This document shows, piece after piece, positions 1-9,283 of a DNA stretch of 64,000 bases. The notes below the pieces were generated by a model, which did no database searches, had not been told where the DNA came from, and saw nothing but the letters and a program-made list of their open reading frames with translations. A program made the position numbers and the translations under genes. Origin of the DNA: an uncultured Actinomycetes bacterium. Lineage in GTDB: Bacteria; Actinomycetota; Thermoleophilia; Gaiellales; JAICJC01. The DNA is taken from contig CAVUSN010000023.1 in the NCBI GenBank assembly GCA_963744065.1, forward strand, positions 45,559-109,558. The letters run 5' to 3'. The number at the start of each line of letters is the position of its first letter. The stretch's first letter is position 1.

Positions 1-155
1 GTCACCGCCAGACCGCAGGCGGCGGTCACTGACCCAGCAAGGGCCACGGCCAGCCAGCGTGGGTCGACCAGCAGCGCAGGGCCGCCGTGGGCGAGCAGCG
101 CCGCCGCCGCCGACCAGCCGCCAACCGTGACCACACGGGTTGTCACCGGCGTCAT
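1..155 (-). CDS. membrane protein, N-terminal part only (gene runs off the left window edge)
   Basis: ATG at 155, then MTPVTTRVVTVGGWSAAAALLAHGGPALLVDPRWLAVALAG. Hydrophobic with G/C-rich third positions and no stop before position 1. Lies 35 nt downstream of the 190..1212 gene on the same strand. Confidence 0.35.
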   Translation of the reverse strand, partial: MTPVTTRVVTVGGWSAAAALLAHGGPALLVDPRWLAVALAGSVTAACGLAV

Positions 156-189
156 CGGCCGGAGTATGCCAGACCCGCTTTGCATCGGG

Positions 190-1212
190 TTAGGACCGTC
201 GATGCGCCGCAGGGCGCAGCGATTCGTAGGGCGAGCGGTCGAGCAGTTCGATCGCCGCCGGGATGCAGATAACGGCCAGCCCCGTTCCGCCCACCAGTGC
301 GACCCACACCATCATCCGGGCGGCCGTGGCCGGCAGCGCCGAGAGCACGAAGGCGTGGGCGAAGAGCGACGCCTGGGGGATGGCGAAGGTGGCGCAGACG
401 GCTCCCACCATGCCGGCCACGCACACTCGCGCCGGGCCTGTGGCGGCGGCCACCGCGAACCCCACGAAGACGCCGGTGACGGCCAGCGCGAGCGCGCCCA
501 GGGCGAGGCCGAGCGGCGTGGTTGCGCCGTTCAGGAAGATGCCGATCCAGCCCGCGCCCAGGGCGGCGACCACCGGCGCCAGCAGGGTCAGCGAAAGGGC
601 GTGCAGGGCCCGCCGGCCGACAAAACGTGCAACCGCGATGGCCGCGGCCAGCCCGGCGACGCCGGCCGTGATCCACGGCCACCAGGCCGGTCTCGGGCCC
701 CACCACTCGGCGCCGTACAGATCGGTGCGGCGGCCGTTCACGATCAGATGCAGGTTCCAGGTGGCGACCCGCCGCGGGCCTGAACCGGAACTGACAACGG
801 TGAGCGGACGCAGCCGGTTCTCGTGCCAGGTGTAGGTGTGTCCCCCGGCCACGCGCACCCAGGCCGGCCGTCCGTCGCCGCTGCCAGCCTTGACGACGCC
901 GGCGGTGGCGGCGGTGGGGGAGGCTCGGTTCACCCACACGCCGTCCGGCCCATAGCGCAGGAAGGGCTCGCCAACCAGTCCCAGCACGAGCACCCGGTCG
1001 CCTGCCGGGACGGTCAGCTGCAGCCGGATGTCACCGCCCAGCACCCGTGCCCGCAATCCCCGCGCGGCCGGCCGGAAGCCGGTCACGGTGGCCCGGAAGC
1101 TGGTGGACAGGTCGCCGGTGGTGATGTGGGCGAGCGCCGCCGGCGGCCTGGCGAGGGCCGTCAGGAGTATTGCGATCGCGGCCGCGCTCGAACGCCAGCC
1201 AGCTTGCTGCAC
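190..1212 (-). CDS. membrane protein: signal or anchor, extracytoplasmic domain, C-terminal multi-TM region; family not recognised
   Basis: C-terminal 341 codons of track ORF 190..2328. The upstream part of that ORF is Arg-rich and overlaps the oxidoreductase gene. In-frame GTG at 1212 precedes SSAAAIAILLTALARPPAALA. The C-terminal third is strongly hydrophobic. Confidence 0.6.
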   Translation of the reverse strand: MQQAGWRSSAAAIAILLTALARPPAALAHITTGDLSTSFRATVTGFRPAARGLRARVLGGDIRLQLTVPAGDRVLVLGLVGEPFLRYGPDGVWVNRASPTAATAGVVKAGSGDGRPAWVRVAGGHTYTWHENRLRPLTVVSSGSGPRRVATWNLHLIVNGRRTDLYGAEWWGPRPAWWPWITAGVAGLAAAIAVARFVGRRALHALSLTLLAPVVAALGAGWIGIFLNGATTPLGLALGALALAVTGVFVGFAVAAATGPARVCVAGMVGAVCATFAIPQASLFAHAFVLSALPATAARMMVWVALVGGTGLAVICIPAAIELLDRSPYESLRPAAHRRS

Positions 1213-1295
1213 CGGTCCTCCGGTCGTGGCGGAGTTCGAGGATACCGGTGGCCGGGGCGCGCGGCTGCGCGCACCGGCCCGAGACCGGCTCGGAG

Positions 1296-2648
1296 CTACT
1301 CGCCGATCGGATGGTTCGAGCGGAAGAGCCCCTCCGGGTCGTGGGTCTGCTTGACCTGGATCAACCGGTCGTGCGCGTGGGCGCCGAACAGGTGCCGACC
1401 GTCCACCCGCACCTCGCGGAAGTTGGTGTACGAGCGGTCGGCCTCCCACGGGGCGAGCGCGTGCGTCACCGCCTCCAGGGCTGCGTCGACCGCAGGCCGG
1501 GCCTGCGGTACGGGCACGATACCGACGCCGTACATGGCGAATCCGGCGTCCCACGGGCCGACAGCGCCGTGTTCGGGGTGCGAGCGCGACAGCGCACCGC
1601 CCAGCTGACGGATCTCGATCGAGAGCAGTGGGTAGCGATCGCCGGTGCCGGTGGCCGCGAGCAGGGCGTCGATGCCATCGGCGTCGATATCCGCCAGCAG
1701 CATGCCGTCGCCGGCCCCGGGAACGGGGTGCTCGGGGTCCATGTGCAGCTTTCCCAGACCGGACGCCGGGATCACGCCGAGCGTGTCCATCTCCGGGCCC
1801 AGCGCGCGCAGCGGCGCGACCAGCGCTTCGGCCTCCGCGTGCTCGAGCAGGGCCGCCACCTCGACGCCCACGAACGCCCGTCCGCGCAACGGCTCGGGGA
1901 TCTCGGGGATGGGCGGCAGCCACAGCAGGCGGCCGAGTGAGGTGACCGCCTCGGGCAGCTCGTCGGCCAGTTCGCGCCAGGCGTTCAGCACCTCCGCAGC
2001 CCGGCCGATCGGATACAGCAGCATGCCGGCGTAGATCTCGCGCACGGGCACCAGCCGCATCTCGATGGCGGTCACCACACCGAAGGCGCCGCCGCCCCCG
2101 CGCAGGGCCCAGAACAGGTCGGGATGGTTGTCCGCGTCGACTCGCAGGTGGCGGCCGTCGGCCGTGACCAGCTCGATGGCGGTCACCTGGTTGGCGCCGA
2201 ACCCGTGCTGGCGGGCCATCCAGCTGAGACCGCCGCCCAGCGTGTAGCCGGCCACGCCCACGTCGGGGGACGATCCGGCCAGCGCCGCCAGCCCGTGCTG
2301 GCCGGCCGGCTCGGTGACGTCGATCCACCAGGCGCCGCCGCCGGCCCGGGCGATCCGCCGGTCGGGGTCGATGGCCACCTCGCGCATGCGCGAGGTCTTG
2401 AGCAGCAGGCTGTCGCTCAGGTCGCCCAGCGGCCCGGCGCCGTGGCCCGTGCTCTGCACCGCCACCCGCAGACCGTTCTCACGTGCGTAGGCGATGGCGG
2501 TTGCCACCCCGGCCGGATCGGCGGGAGTGGCGATGGCGGCCGGACGCTGGTCGCAGGCCAGGTTCCAGGCCAGCCGGGCCTGGTCGTAGTCGGCGTCGCC
2601 CGGCCGCACGATGCCGCCGGCGGTCGTCGTGGTCGTGTCCTCGAGCAT
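1296..2648 (-). CDS. FAD-binding oxidoreductase (FAD_binding_4 / berberine-bridge-like C-terminus)
   Basis: ATG at 2648 preceded by AAGGAG. MLEDTTTT...; QSTGHGAGP and GGGLSW motifs; C-terminal FRSNHPI typical of BBE-like proteins. The longer track ORF start at 2873 overlaps kdpE. Confidence 0.85.
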   Translation of the reverse strand: MLEDTTTTTAGGIVRPGDADYDQARLAWNLACDQRPAAIATPADPAGVATAIAYARENGLRVAVQSTGHGAGPLGDLSDSLLLKTSRMREVAIDPDRRIARAGGGAWWIDVTEPAGQHGLAALAGSSPDVGVAGYTLGGGLSWMARQHGFGANQVTAIELVTADGRHLRVDADNHPDLFWALRGGGGAFGVVTAIEMRLVPVREIYAGMLLYPIGRAAEVLNAWRELADELPEAVTSLGRLLWLPPIPEIPEPLRGRAFVGVEVAALLEHAEAEALVAPLRALGPEMDTLGVIPASGLGKLHMDPEHPVPGAGDGMLLADIDADGIDALLAATGTGDRYPLLSIEIRQLGGALSRSHPEHGAVGPWDAGFAMYGVGIVPVPQARPAVDAALEAVTHALAPWEADRSYTNFREVRVDGRHLFGAHAHDRLIQVKQTHDPEGLFRSNHPIGE

Positions 2649-2722
2649 TCGTGTCTCCTTGTGATCGCGGCCCCGCTGGGATAGTGCAGCCAGCCAGCCG
2701 GCAGGTGGGGGTGCGGCTAACC

Positions 2723-3418
2723 CTACGTTTCGGAGGGATCGACCAGCCGGTAGCCGGCTCCGGGCTCGGTCAGCAGGTGCCGCGGCCTGGTCGGGTCGCG
2801 CTCGATCTTCTGGCGCAGACGCGAGATGTACACGTGCAGGTAGTGCGACTCGACCTGATAGGAGGGGCCCCACACCCGCTGCAGGATCATGCGGTGGGTG
2901 AGCAGCTTGCCGCGGTTCTCGGCGAACAGCCGCAGCAGCTGGAACTCGGTGCGGGTCAACTGCACCGGCGAGCCGCCCACGCGCACGGACTGGGCGTCCA
3001 GGTCGATCTCCAGATCGTCCATCGTCATCACCGGTTCGGGCGGGCGCGGCACCCGCCGCAGCACCGCGCGCAGGCGGGCGGTCAACTCGTTGAGCCCGAA
3101 CGGCTTGGTCACGTAGTCGTCAGCGCCGGCGTCCAGCGCGTCCACCTTGGTGCGCTCCTCGCCCACCGCCGACAGCACCACGATCGGCATGTCGGAGTGC
3201 TCGCGGACGTGCCGGCAGACGTCGATCCCGCTCATGTCGGGCAGGATCAGGTCGAGCACCATCGCATCGGGTGGGTGGGCGCTGAGCATGGCCAGCGCCT
3301 CTCCGCCGGTGGCGGCCTGCTGCACCTCGTAGCCGGCCCCGCGCAGGTTGGTGGAGAGCGCTCGCAGGATCTGCGGCTCGTCGTCCACGACCAGGATGCG
3401 AGCCTTGGCGGCGCTCAC
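2723..3418 (-). CDS. kdpE: OmpR-family response regulator KdpE
   Basis: GTG start. Receiver domain (ILVVDDEPQILRAL, LPDMSG, YVTKPF) plus winged-helix domain (LTRTEFQLLRLFAENRGKLLTHRMILQRVWG). Last gene of the kdp operon. Confidence 0.9.
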   Translation of the reverse strand: MSAAKARILVVDDEPQILRALSTNLRGAGYEVQQAATGGEALAMLSAHPPDAMVLDLILPDMSGIDVCRHVREHSDMPIVVLSAVGEERTKVDALDAGADDYVTKPFGLNELTARLRAVLRRVPRPPEPVMTMDDLEIDLDAQSVRVGGSPVQLTRTEFQLLRLFAENRGKLLTHRMILQRVWGPSYQVESHYLHVYISRLRQKIERDPTRPRHLLTEPGAGYRLVDPSET

Positions 3419-3436
3419 TCAGGCGATTCTTGCAGA

Positions 3437-3628
3437 GGGGGATGATTCAGGGTGGCGCCGTCACGAGGCGCAGGATGCGGGCACGCTGGCAAGGATCGAG
3501 CGGCGAGCGGAGCGCAGGCACCGGCCCGAAGGGCCGCGGAGGCCGCGTTGAGCACCGCACGCCGTGTGGGACGCGGCCAGCCTGCCCGCAGACCAGCCGC
3601 AGCAGGCGCTCATCCTGGGTCAGCCCCC
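3437..3628 (+). repeat. structured repeat element, copy A (imperfect inverted termini, internal long-range stem)
   Basis: Aligns with the reverse complement of 59629..59809: one 29/29 block and one 32/34 block. Stem 3477..3490 / 3576..3589 pairs at 13 of 14 positions. Fills the kdpD-kdpE intergenic gap. Its right end overlaps the last codons of the kinase gene. Confidence 0.65.
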
Positions 3629-5028
3629 AAAGGCAGCGCGAGCGCGAAAGACGCCCCTTGCGCGGGCTGCGACTCGGCCCACAGCCTGCCGCCGTTGGCC
3701 TGCGCGAAGCCGCGCGCGATGGCCAGCCCGAGGCCGGCCCGGGCGCCGTTCCCGCCGCCCGTGTCTCCGGTTGTAAACGGCTCGAAGATCCGCTCCAGAT
3801 CGGCGGCCGGGATGCCCGGGCCGCGGTCGATCACGCGCACGATCACCTCCTGCCGGGTGCAGTTGCCGCGCACGGTCACCGGCTCACCGGGCGGCGAGTG
3901 CCGAATCGCGTTCTCCAGCAGGTTGACCAGGATCCGCTGGGCATGCACAGGGTCGATGCGCACCGGCGGCAGGTCCTTGGGCAGCAGCACCTGCACCTCG
4001 TGCCCGCGCTCGTCCAGCCCGGTCAGGGCCTGGGCCAGCAGCGAGTCGACCGTCCACAGCTCGGCCGCCGGCTCGGCCGCGTTGGCCTGCAGGCGGGACA
4101 GGTCGAGCAGGTTGGAGACCAGCCGGGTCAGCCGCTCGGCCTCCACCTGGATCGTCTCCAGCAGGCCCGCGCGATCCTCCTGGCTCAGCTCCAACGCAGG
4201 GTTGCGAAGCCCCTCCACGGCGGTTCGGATGGCTGTCAGGGGCGTCCGGAAGTCGTGGCTGACGGCCTGCAGGACGGCCGTCTTCGTGGTGTCGGAGCGG
4301 CGCAGGGTCTCGGTCTCCAGCGCCTGCTCCGCCAGCCGCTCGCGATCGATGGCGACCGCCAGCAGAGACGCCAGCGCTGGCAGGAACCGGCGGCGGGCGG
4401 CCAACGAGATGTCCGCCCTTTCGTCCACATACAGCGTGCCCACGTGGCGGCCGCCAGCGGTCAGTTCGAGTGGCGACTCGCCAGCCGGCGGCGGGCTGGG
4501 CGGGCCCAGTTCGATGCGTGCGCGCGTGCCACCCAGCACGCGCGCGGACCGCTCGGCCAGCCGCTCCAACTCCTCGGCGATCAGCGTCCCGCCCAGCAGC
4601 GCGGTGGCCAGGTCTGCAACCACGGCCGTCTCCCCGGCCCGCCGCTCGGCCTCGATCGCCCGCGAACGCGATCGGGCAGTCAGGCTGGACACCACGATGG
4701 CGGTGGCCAGGTACACGGCCAGGGCGACCCAGTTGCGCGAGTCGGACAACGTGAAGGTGCCCACCGGAGGCAGGAAGAACCAGTTGAAGGCCAGCATGCT
4801 GGCGACCGAGACGACAACCGAGTAGGCGATTCCAAAGCCGATCGCCACCGCCAGCACGGGGAAGACGTACAGCACGCCCAGGCTGAGCACCGGGGCGACC
4901 AATTTCAAGAGCTCGACCGCCACGGTGGTCAGTGCGACTGCGACCACGCTTCCGGCAAGCGCAGCGGCGTGCCGTCGGCGGCCGCGCAGCGACTGCACGA
5001 CGTGCAGCAGTTCGTGGGCTTTGTTCAT
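3610..5028 (-). CDS. kdpD: KdpD sensor histidine kinase, membrane plus catalytic part (split KdpD, C-terminal module)
   Basis: ATG at 5028 (MNKAHELL) overlaps the stop of the upstream USP ORF (ATGA). Four TM segments, H-box AVSHDFRTPLTAI, HATPase motifs DRGPGIP and GLGLAIARG. Confidence 0.9.
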   Translation of the reverse strand: MNKAHELLHVVQSLRGRRRHAAALAGSVVAVALTTVAVELLKLVAPVLSLGVLYVFPVLAVAIGFGIAYSVVVSVASMLAFNWFFLPPVGTFTLSDSRNWVALAVYLATAIVVSSLTARSRSRAIEAERRAGETAVVADLATALLGGTLIAEELERLAERSARVLGGTRARIELGPPSPPPAGESPLELTAGGRHVGTLYVDERADISLAARRRFLPALASLLAVAIDRERLAEQALETETLRRSDTTKTAVLQAVSHDFRTPLTAIRTAVEGLRNPALELSQEDRAGLLETIQVEAERLTRLVSNLLDLSRLQANAAEPAAELWTVDSLLAQALTGLDERGHEVQVLLPKDLPPVRIDPVHAQRILVNLLENAIRHSPPGEPVTVRGNCTRQEVIVRVIDRGPGIPAADLERIFEPFTTGDTGGGNGARAGLGLAIARGFAQANGGRLWAESQPAQGASFALALPLGADPG

Positions 5029-5456
5029 GCCGCCACTGGGCCCGGCCGCAGCACCAGCGTCTCGGTCGGCGCATGGATCAGGATCCAGGCCAGGTCGCGC
5101 TCGTCGAAACCGCCTCGATCCCCGGCAGTGGCCGGCAGGATGACGCGGTCGAAGTGCTCGACCGTCCACAACTGGGTGAGTGCGTCGCGCAGCGACCGCC
5201 CGCGCTCCATGCGGGTGTCGATGGGCACGCCGGCCCGCCGGGCCTCGTGCTCGATCGTCTCCAGCGCAGGCAGCGCCCGCCCCACCTGTTCGGCCAGCGG
5301 GCTGTCCAGAGGGTAGTTGAGGGGCACGACCAGCAGGCAGGCCGCCACCAGGGTCGCGTCCTCGGCGCGGGCGATCCGGAAGGCCGCCTGCAGCACGACC
5401 GGATCAAGCTCGCCGCCCGAAAAGGCGACCAGCACGCGCCTCGACGTACCGGCCAT
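5025..5456 (-). CDS. universal stress protein-like domain protein between the two KdpD modules
   Basis: MAGTSRRVLVAFSGGELDPVVLQAAFRIARAEDATLVAACLLVVP...RVILPATAG: USP-like alternating fold pattern. Stop overlaps the start of the kinase module. Confidence 0.65.
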   Translation of the reverse strand: MAGTSRRVLVAFSGGELDPVVLQAAFRIARAEDATLVAACLLVVPLNYPLDSPLAEQVGRALPALETIEHEARRAGVPIDTRMERGRSLRDALTQLWTVEHFDRVILPATAGDRGGFDERDLAWILIHAPTETLVLRPGPVAA

Positions 5457-5476
5457 GCGGCTGCGGCCCGGCCATC

Positions 5477-6583
5477 TCATGCCACCGGCTCCGGGCGTTC
5501 GGCGGGATCCGCGCATATTCGCAGGTCGATGCCGGGGAGCGCGTCCAGCAGTTCATCGAGCGGCGTTCGGCCGCGCAGCAGGGCCATCCGGCTGCGCCGC
5601 GGCCTGGAGACGAAGACGTAGGTCGTGCCGCGGTCGGCCGCGACCCGAGCGACGGCTGCCAGCGGGTCGGGGTCCTCCTCCTCCAGGAAGTGCACCCCCA
5701 GCAGCACGGCCAGCCGGCGCAGGGCGGCCACGGTCACCCGCTCCGCCTCGTCCAGCCGGTCGCCGGGCGAGCGGATCAGCAGGGCGTCGATATCGGCGTT
5801 CAGGCGCTGGCCCGACCGCCACGCCCGCCGCAGTACGCGTTGCGAGCGGGGGGACGGCTCGACCAGCACCAGGATCCGCTCGGTGACCGCGCCCCGCATC
5901 GGGATCTCGTCGTCGCCGGAGTGGATGGCGGTTGCCGAGCGGCGGGCCTCGACGTCCTCGGCCACCTCGCGCAGGGCCAGCTGGCGCAGCGACTGCAGGT
6001 TGTCGGTGCGGAAGAAGTTCTCGAGCGCCGTTTGCACGCGGCCACGCGGGTACACCTTGCCGGCCTGGATGCGCTCTCGCAGCTCCTGCGGCGTCAGGTC
6101 AACCAGCACCACCTCATCCGCATCGTCCAGCACCCGGTCGGGAAACGTCTCCCGCACCCGCACGCCGGTGGTCTCGAAGACGACGTCGTTCAGGCTCTCG
6201 AGGTGCTGGATGTTGACCGTCGAGATGACGTCGATGCCGGCGTCCAGGATCTGCTCGATGTCCTCGTAGCGCTTGCTGTGCGCCGAGCCGGGGGGGTTGG
6301 TGTGGGCCAGCTCGTCCACCAGCGCCAGCTCGGGTACGCGCCGGATCACGGCCTCGGTGTCCATCTCCTCGATCCGCACGTCGCCGTGCTCGACGGCCCG
6401 CCGCGGAACCACCTCGAGCCCCTCGGCGAGGGCGATCGTCTCGGGCCGGTCGTGCGGCTCCAGGTACCCGATCACCACGTCCACCCCCTGCTCAACGGCC
6501 TGGCGGCCCTCCAGCAGCATCCGATAGGTCTTGCCGACGCCAGCGGCGGCGCCAAGCAGGATTCTGTGGTGTCCTCGCGACAC
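5477..6583 (-). CDS. kdpD: KdpD N-terminal sensor module (KdpD_N P-loop domain plus USP domain) as a separate ORF
   Basis: GTG at 6583. ILLGAAAGVGKTYRML P-loop; VISTVNIQHLESLND; LTPQELRERIQAGKVY; then a USP-like ILVLVEPSPRSQRVLRRA segment. The track ORF extension to 6874 overlaps kdpB and is Arg/His-rich. Confidence 0.85.
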   Translation of the reverse strand: MSRGHHRILLGAAAGVGKTYRMLLEGRQAVEQGVDVVIGYLEPHDRPETIALAEGLEVVPRRAVEHGDVRIEEMDTEAVIRRVPELALVDELAHTNPPGSAHSKRYEDIEQILDAGIDVISTVNIQHLESLNDVVFETTGVRVRETFPDRVLDDADEVVLVDLTPQELRERIQAGKVYPRGRVQTALENFFRTDNLQSLRQLALREVAEDVEARRSATAIHSGDDEIPMRGAVTERILVLVEPSPRSQRVLRRAWRSGQRLNADIDALLIRSPGDRLDEAERVTVAALRRLAVLLGVHFLEEEDPDPLAAVARVAADRGTTYVFVSRPRRSRMALLRGRTPLDELLDALPGIDLRICADPAERPEPVA

Positions 6584-6630
6584 CGCTTCATCCTGCCATG
6601 GCGCCGCCGTCGGCGCGTGGCGGGGAGTTC

Positions 6631-8688
6631 TCAAGCGCCCAGCACGTTGTGCACCACCAGATCGATCAGCTTGATGCCGATGAACGGGGCGATGATGCCG
6701 CCCAGCCCGTAGATCAGCAGGTTGCGGCGGAGCAGCGCGGTCGCGCCGATGGCCCGGTAGCGGACACCCTTCAGCGACAGCGGGATCAGGATCGGGATCA
6801 CGATCGCGTTGAAGATGATGGCCGACGTGACCGCCGACAGCGGCGTGCCCAGCTTCATGATGTTGATCGTCCACAGCGGGCCGTGGTCACCGGGCTTGGA
6901 GGCGTAGGTGAACGCGAACATGGCCGGCAGGATGGCGAAGTACTTGGCCACGTCGTTGGCAATCGAGAACGTGGTCAGCGCGCCGCGGGTGATCAGGAGC
7001 TGCTTTCCCACCTCGACGATCTCGATCAGCTTGGTCGGATTGGAGTCCAGGTCGACCATGTTGCCGGCCTCCTTGGCCGCCTGGGTGCCGGTGTTCATGG
7101 CCACGCCCACGTCGGCCTGGGCCAGGGCGGGGGCGTCGTTGGTGCCGTCGCCGGTCATCCCGACCATCCGGCCCTTGGACTGCTCCTCCTTGATCAGGGC
7201 CATCTTGTCCTCGGGCGTGGCCTCCGCCAGGAAGTCGTCCACACCCGCCTCGTTGGCGATGAAGGCTGCGGTGACCGGGTTGTCGCCGGTGATCATGACC
7301 GTGCGGATGCCCATCTTGCGCAGCTCGTCGAAGCGCTCGCGGATGCCACCCTTGACGATGTCCTTGAGGTAGATCACGCCCAGCGTGAAGTTGTCACGGG
7401 CGACAACCAGCGGCGTCCCGCCCTCACGGGCGATCCGCTCGACCGCCGAGTCCACCTCGGCCGGCACCCGGCCGCCGCTCTCCTCCACGAACTTCCGCAC
7501 CGCGTCGGTGGCGCCCTTGCGGATGGAGCTGCCGTGCATATTGACGCCGCTCATGCGGGTGGTGGCGGAGAAGGGCACGAACTCGGCGTCCAGCGTCGAC
7601 AGCTCGTGCTCGCGCACGCCGTACTGCTTGGCCAGCACGACGATCGAGCGGCCCTCCGGCGTCTCGTCCGACAGTGAGGACAGCTGGGCAGCCTCGGCCA
7701 GGTCATGCGCCTCGACGCCGGGCGCCGCGATGAACTCAACCGCCTCGCGGTTGCCCAGGGTGATGGTGCCGGTCTTATCCAGCAGCAGCACGTCGATGTC
7801 GCCCGATGCCTCGACCGCGCGGCCGGACAGGGCCAGCACGTTGCGGCGCACCAGCCGGTCCATGCCGGCGATGCCGATGCACGAGAGCAGGGCGCCGATG
7901 GTGGTGGGGATGAGCGCGACCAGCAGGCAGATCAGCACGGTGGTGGAGACGCCACTCTTTGCGTACAGCGCGAACGGCTGCAGCGTGACCACGGCCACCA
8001 GAAAGATCACGGTCAACCCGGCAAGCAGGATGTTCAGGGCGACCTCGTTGGGCGTCTTGCGCCGGGCGGCACCCTCCACCAGTGAGATCATGCGATCCAG
8101 GAACGACTTGCCCGGCTCCTGCGTGACCTGCACCACCAGCCGGTCGGACAGAAGGCGCGTGCCGCCGGTGACAGCCGAGCGGTCGCCGCCGGACTCGCGG
8201 ATGACGGGAGCCGACTCGCCGGTGATGGCGGACTCGTCCACCGACCCGATGCCCTCGATCACATCGCCGTCGGCCGGGATCGGCTCGCCCGCCTCCACTA
8301 TCACCACGTCGCCGCGCTGCAGTTCCGGTGCTGGCACCTGCTCGGTGGAGCCGTCCGCGCGCCGGCGGGTGGCCGCGGTCGTTGTGCGCATCGAACGCAG
8401 GGTGTCGGCCTGGGCCTTTCCGCGGCCCTCGGCGATCGCCTCGGCGAAGTTCGCGAAGAGCACGGTCAACCACAGCCAGATGGCGATGTCGCCGGTGAAC
8501 CACAGCGGCTGGCCGCCTGACCCGAACAGGTTGATGATGAAGGTGGCGGTGGTCATGACTGACCCCACCTCGACAACGAACATGACGGGGTTTCGCAGCT
8601 GGATGCGGGGATCCAGCTTCTTGAACGAGTCGATTGTCGCGCGCGTGACGATCTCGCGCGTGAGAAGTTTGGCGGACTGCCGGGCCAT
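6631..8688 (-). CDS. kdpB: potassium-transporting P-type ATPase subunit KdpB
   Basis: 685 aa. DKTGTIT phosphorylation site, [20 protein letters not shown] overlaps the kdpC stop (ATGA). Confidence 0.97.
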   Translation of the reverse strand: MARQSAKLLTREIVTRATIDSFKKLDPRIQLRNPVMFVVEVGSVMTTATFIINLFGSGGQPLWFTGDIAIWLWLTVLFANFAEAIAEGRGKAQADTLRSMRTTTAATRRRADGSTEQVPAPELQRGDVVIVEAGEPIPADGDVIEGIGSVDESAITGESAPVIRESGGDRSAVTGGTRLLSDRLVVQVTQEPGKSFLDRMISLVEGAARRKTPNEVALNILLAGLTVIFLVAVVTLQPFALYAKSGVSTTVLICLLVALIPTTIGALLSCIGIAGMDRLVRRNVLALSGRAVEASGDIDVLLLDKTGTITLGNREAVEFIAAPGVEAHDLAEAAQLSSLSDETPEGRSIVVLAKQYGVREHELSTLDAEFVPFSATTRMSGVNMHGSSIRKGATDAVRKFVEESGGRVPAEVDSAVERIAREGGTPLVVARDNFTLGVIYLKDIVKGGIRERFDELRKMGIRTVMITGDNPVTAAFIANEAGVDDFLAEATPEDKMALIKEEQSKGRMVGMTGDGTNDAPALAQADVGVAMNTGTQAAKEAGNMVDLDSNPTKLIEIVEVGKQLLITRGALTTFSIANDVAKYFAILPAMFAFTYASKPGDHGPLWTINIMKLGTPLSAVTSAIIFNAIVIPILIPLSLKGVRYRAIGATALLRRNLLIYGLGGIIAPFIGIKLIDLVVHNVLGA

Positions 8689-9269
8689 CAGTGCTGCTCC
8701 TGGTCGAGTGCGATGTTGAGTTCGAGCACGTTCACGCCCGGCTCACCCAGGAAGCCCAGGAAGCGGCCGTCAACGTGGTCTGAGATGAGCTGCTGCACCG
8801 TCTTCAGGGGCAGGTGCCAGACCGCGGCGATGCGCGGGGCCTGCAGCTCGGCGTAGGCCTTGGAGATCTCGGGATCGATACCCGAGCCCGACGCGGTGAC
8901 GGCGTCGACCGGGATGTCCTTGGCGGTCAGGCCGGGGTTGTACGGGCCTTCCAGCTTGAGGATGTCCTGGATCCGTGTCTTGACCAGCTTGGCCAGCGCC
9001 GTGCTGTTGGGGCCGAGGTTCGAGAAGCTGGTGCCGTCGGCGTTGTAGGCGACGGCGGACGGCCGCTCGTGGAACCAGCGGGGGCCGTTGAACGACTGGG
9101 CGGCCAGCTTGGAGCCGACGGTCTTGCCGTTGATCGTGATCAGACTGCCGTTGGCCTGGTTGGAGAAGGCCAGCTGGCCGACCACTACCATCGCGGCCGG
9201 GTAGATGAGCCCCAGAGCCACGGTGCTGGCGACGATCACAATCGCCGATCGGATGATGTCCTTGCGCAT
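8688..9269 (-). CDS. kdpC: potassium-transporting ATPase subunit KdpC
   Basis: 193 aa. N-terminal [39 protein letters not shown]: all resemble E. coli KdpC. Confidence 0.95.
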   Translation of the reverse strand: MRKDIIRSAIVIVASTVALGLIYPAAMVVVGQLAFSNQANGSLITINGKTVGSKLAAQSFNGPRWFHERPSAVAYNADGTSFSNLGPNSTALAKLVKTRIQDILKLEGPYNPGLTAKDIPVDAVTASGSGIDPEISKAYAELQAPRIAAVWHLPLKTVQQLISDHVDGRFLGFLGEPGVNVLELNIALDQEQH

Positions 9270-9283
9270 GAGTCAGATACCTC

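Noticed and set aside
3455-3600. Protein-coding potential of the structured repeat. Both copies translate to ...GSSGERSAG...VEHRTP.GT.P... in one frame.
   Set aside because: The similarity follows trivially from nucleotide identity. The translations are Arg-rich tails of spurious ORFs with no start or SD. In copy B the frame belongs to an ORF overlapping the ABC permease gene out of frame.
6584-6874. Longer N-terminal extension of the KdpD_N ORF in the track (start at 6874).
   Set aside because: The extension overlaps the 3' end of kdpB in another frame and is His/Arg/Asp-rich. The conserved KdpD_N sequence begins right after the GTG at 6583.
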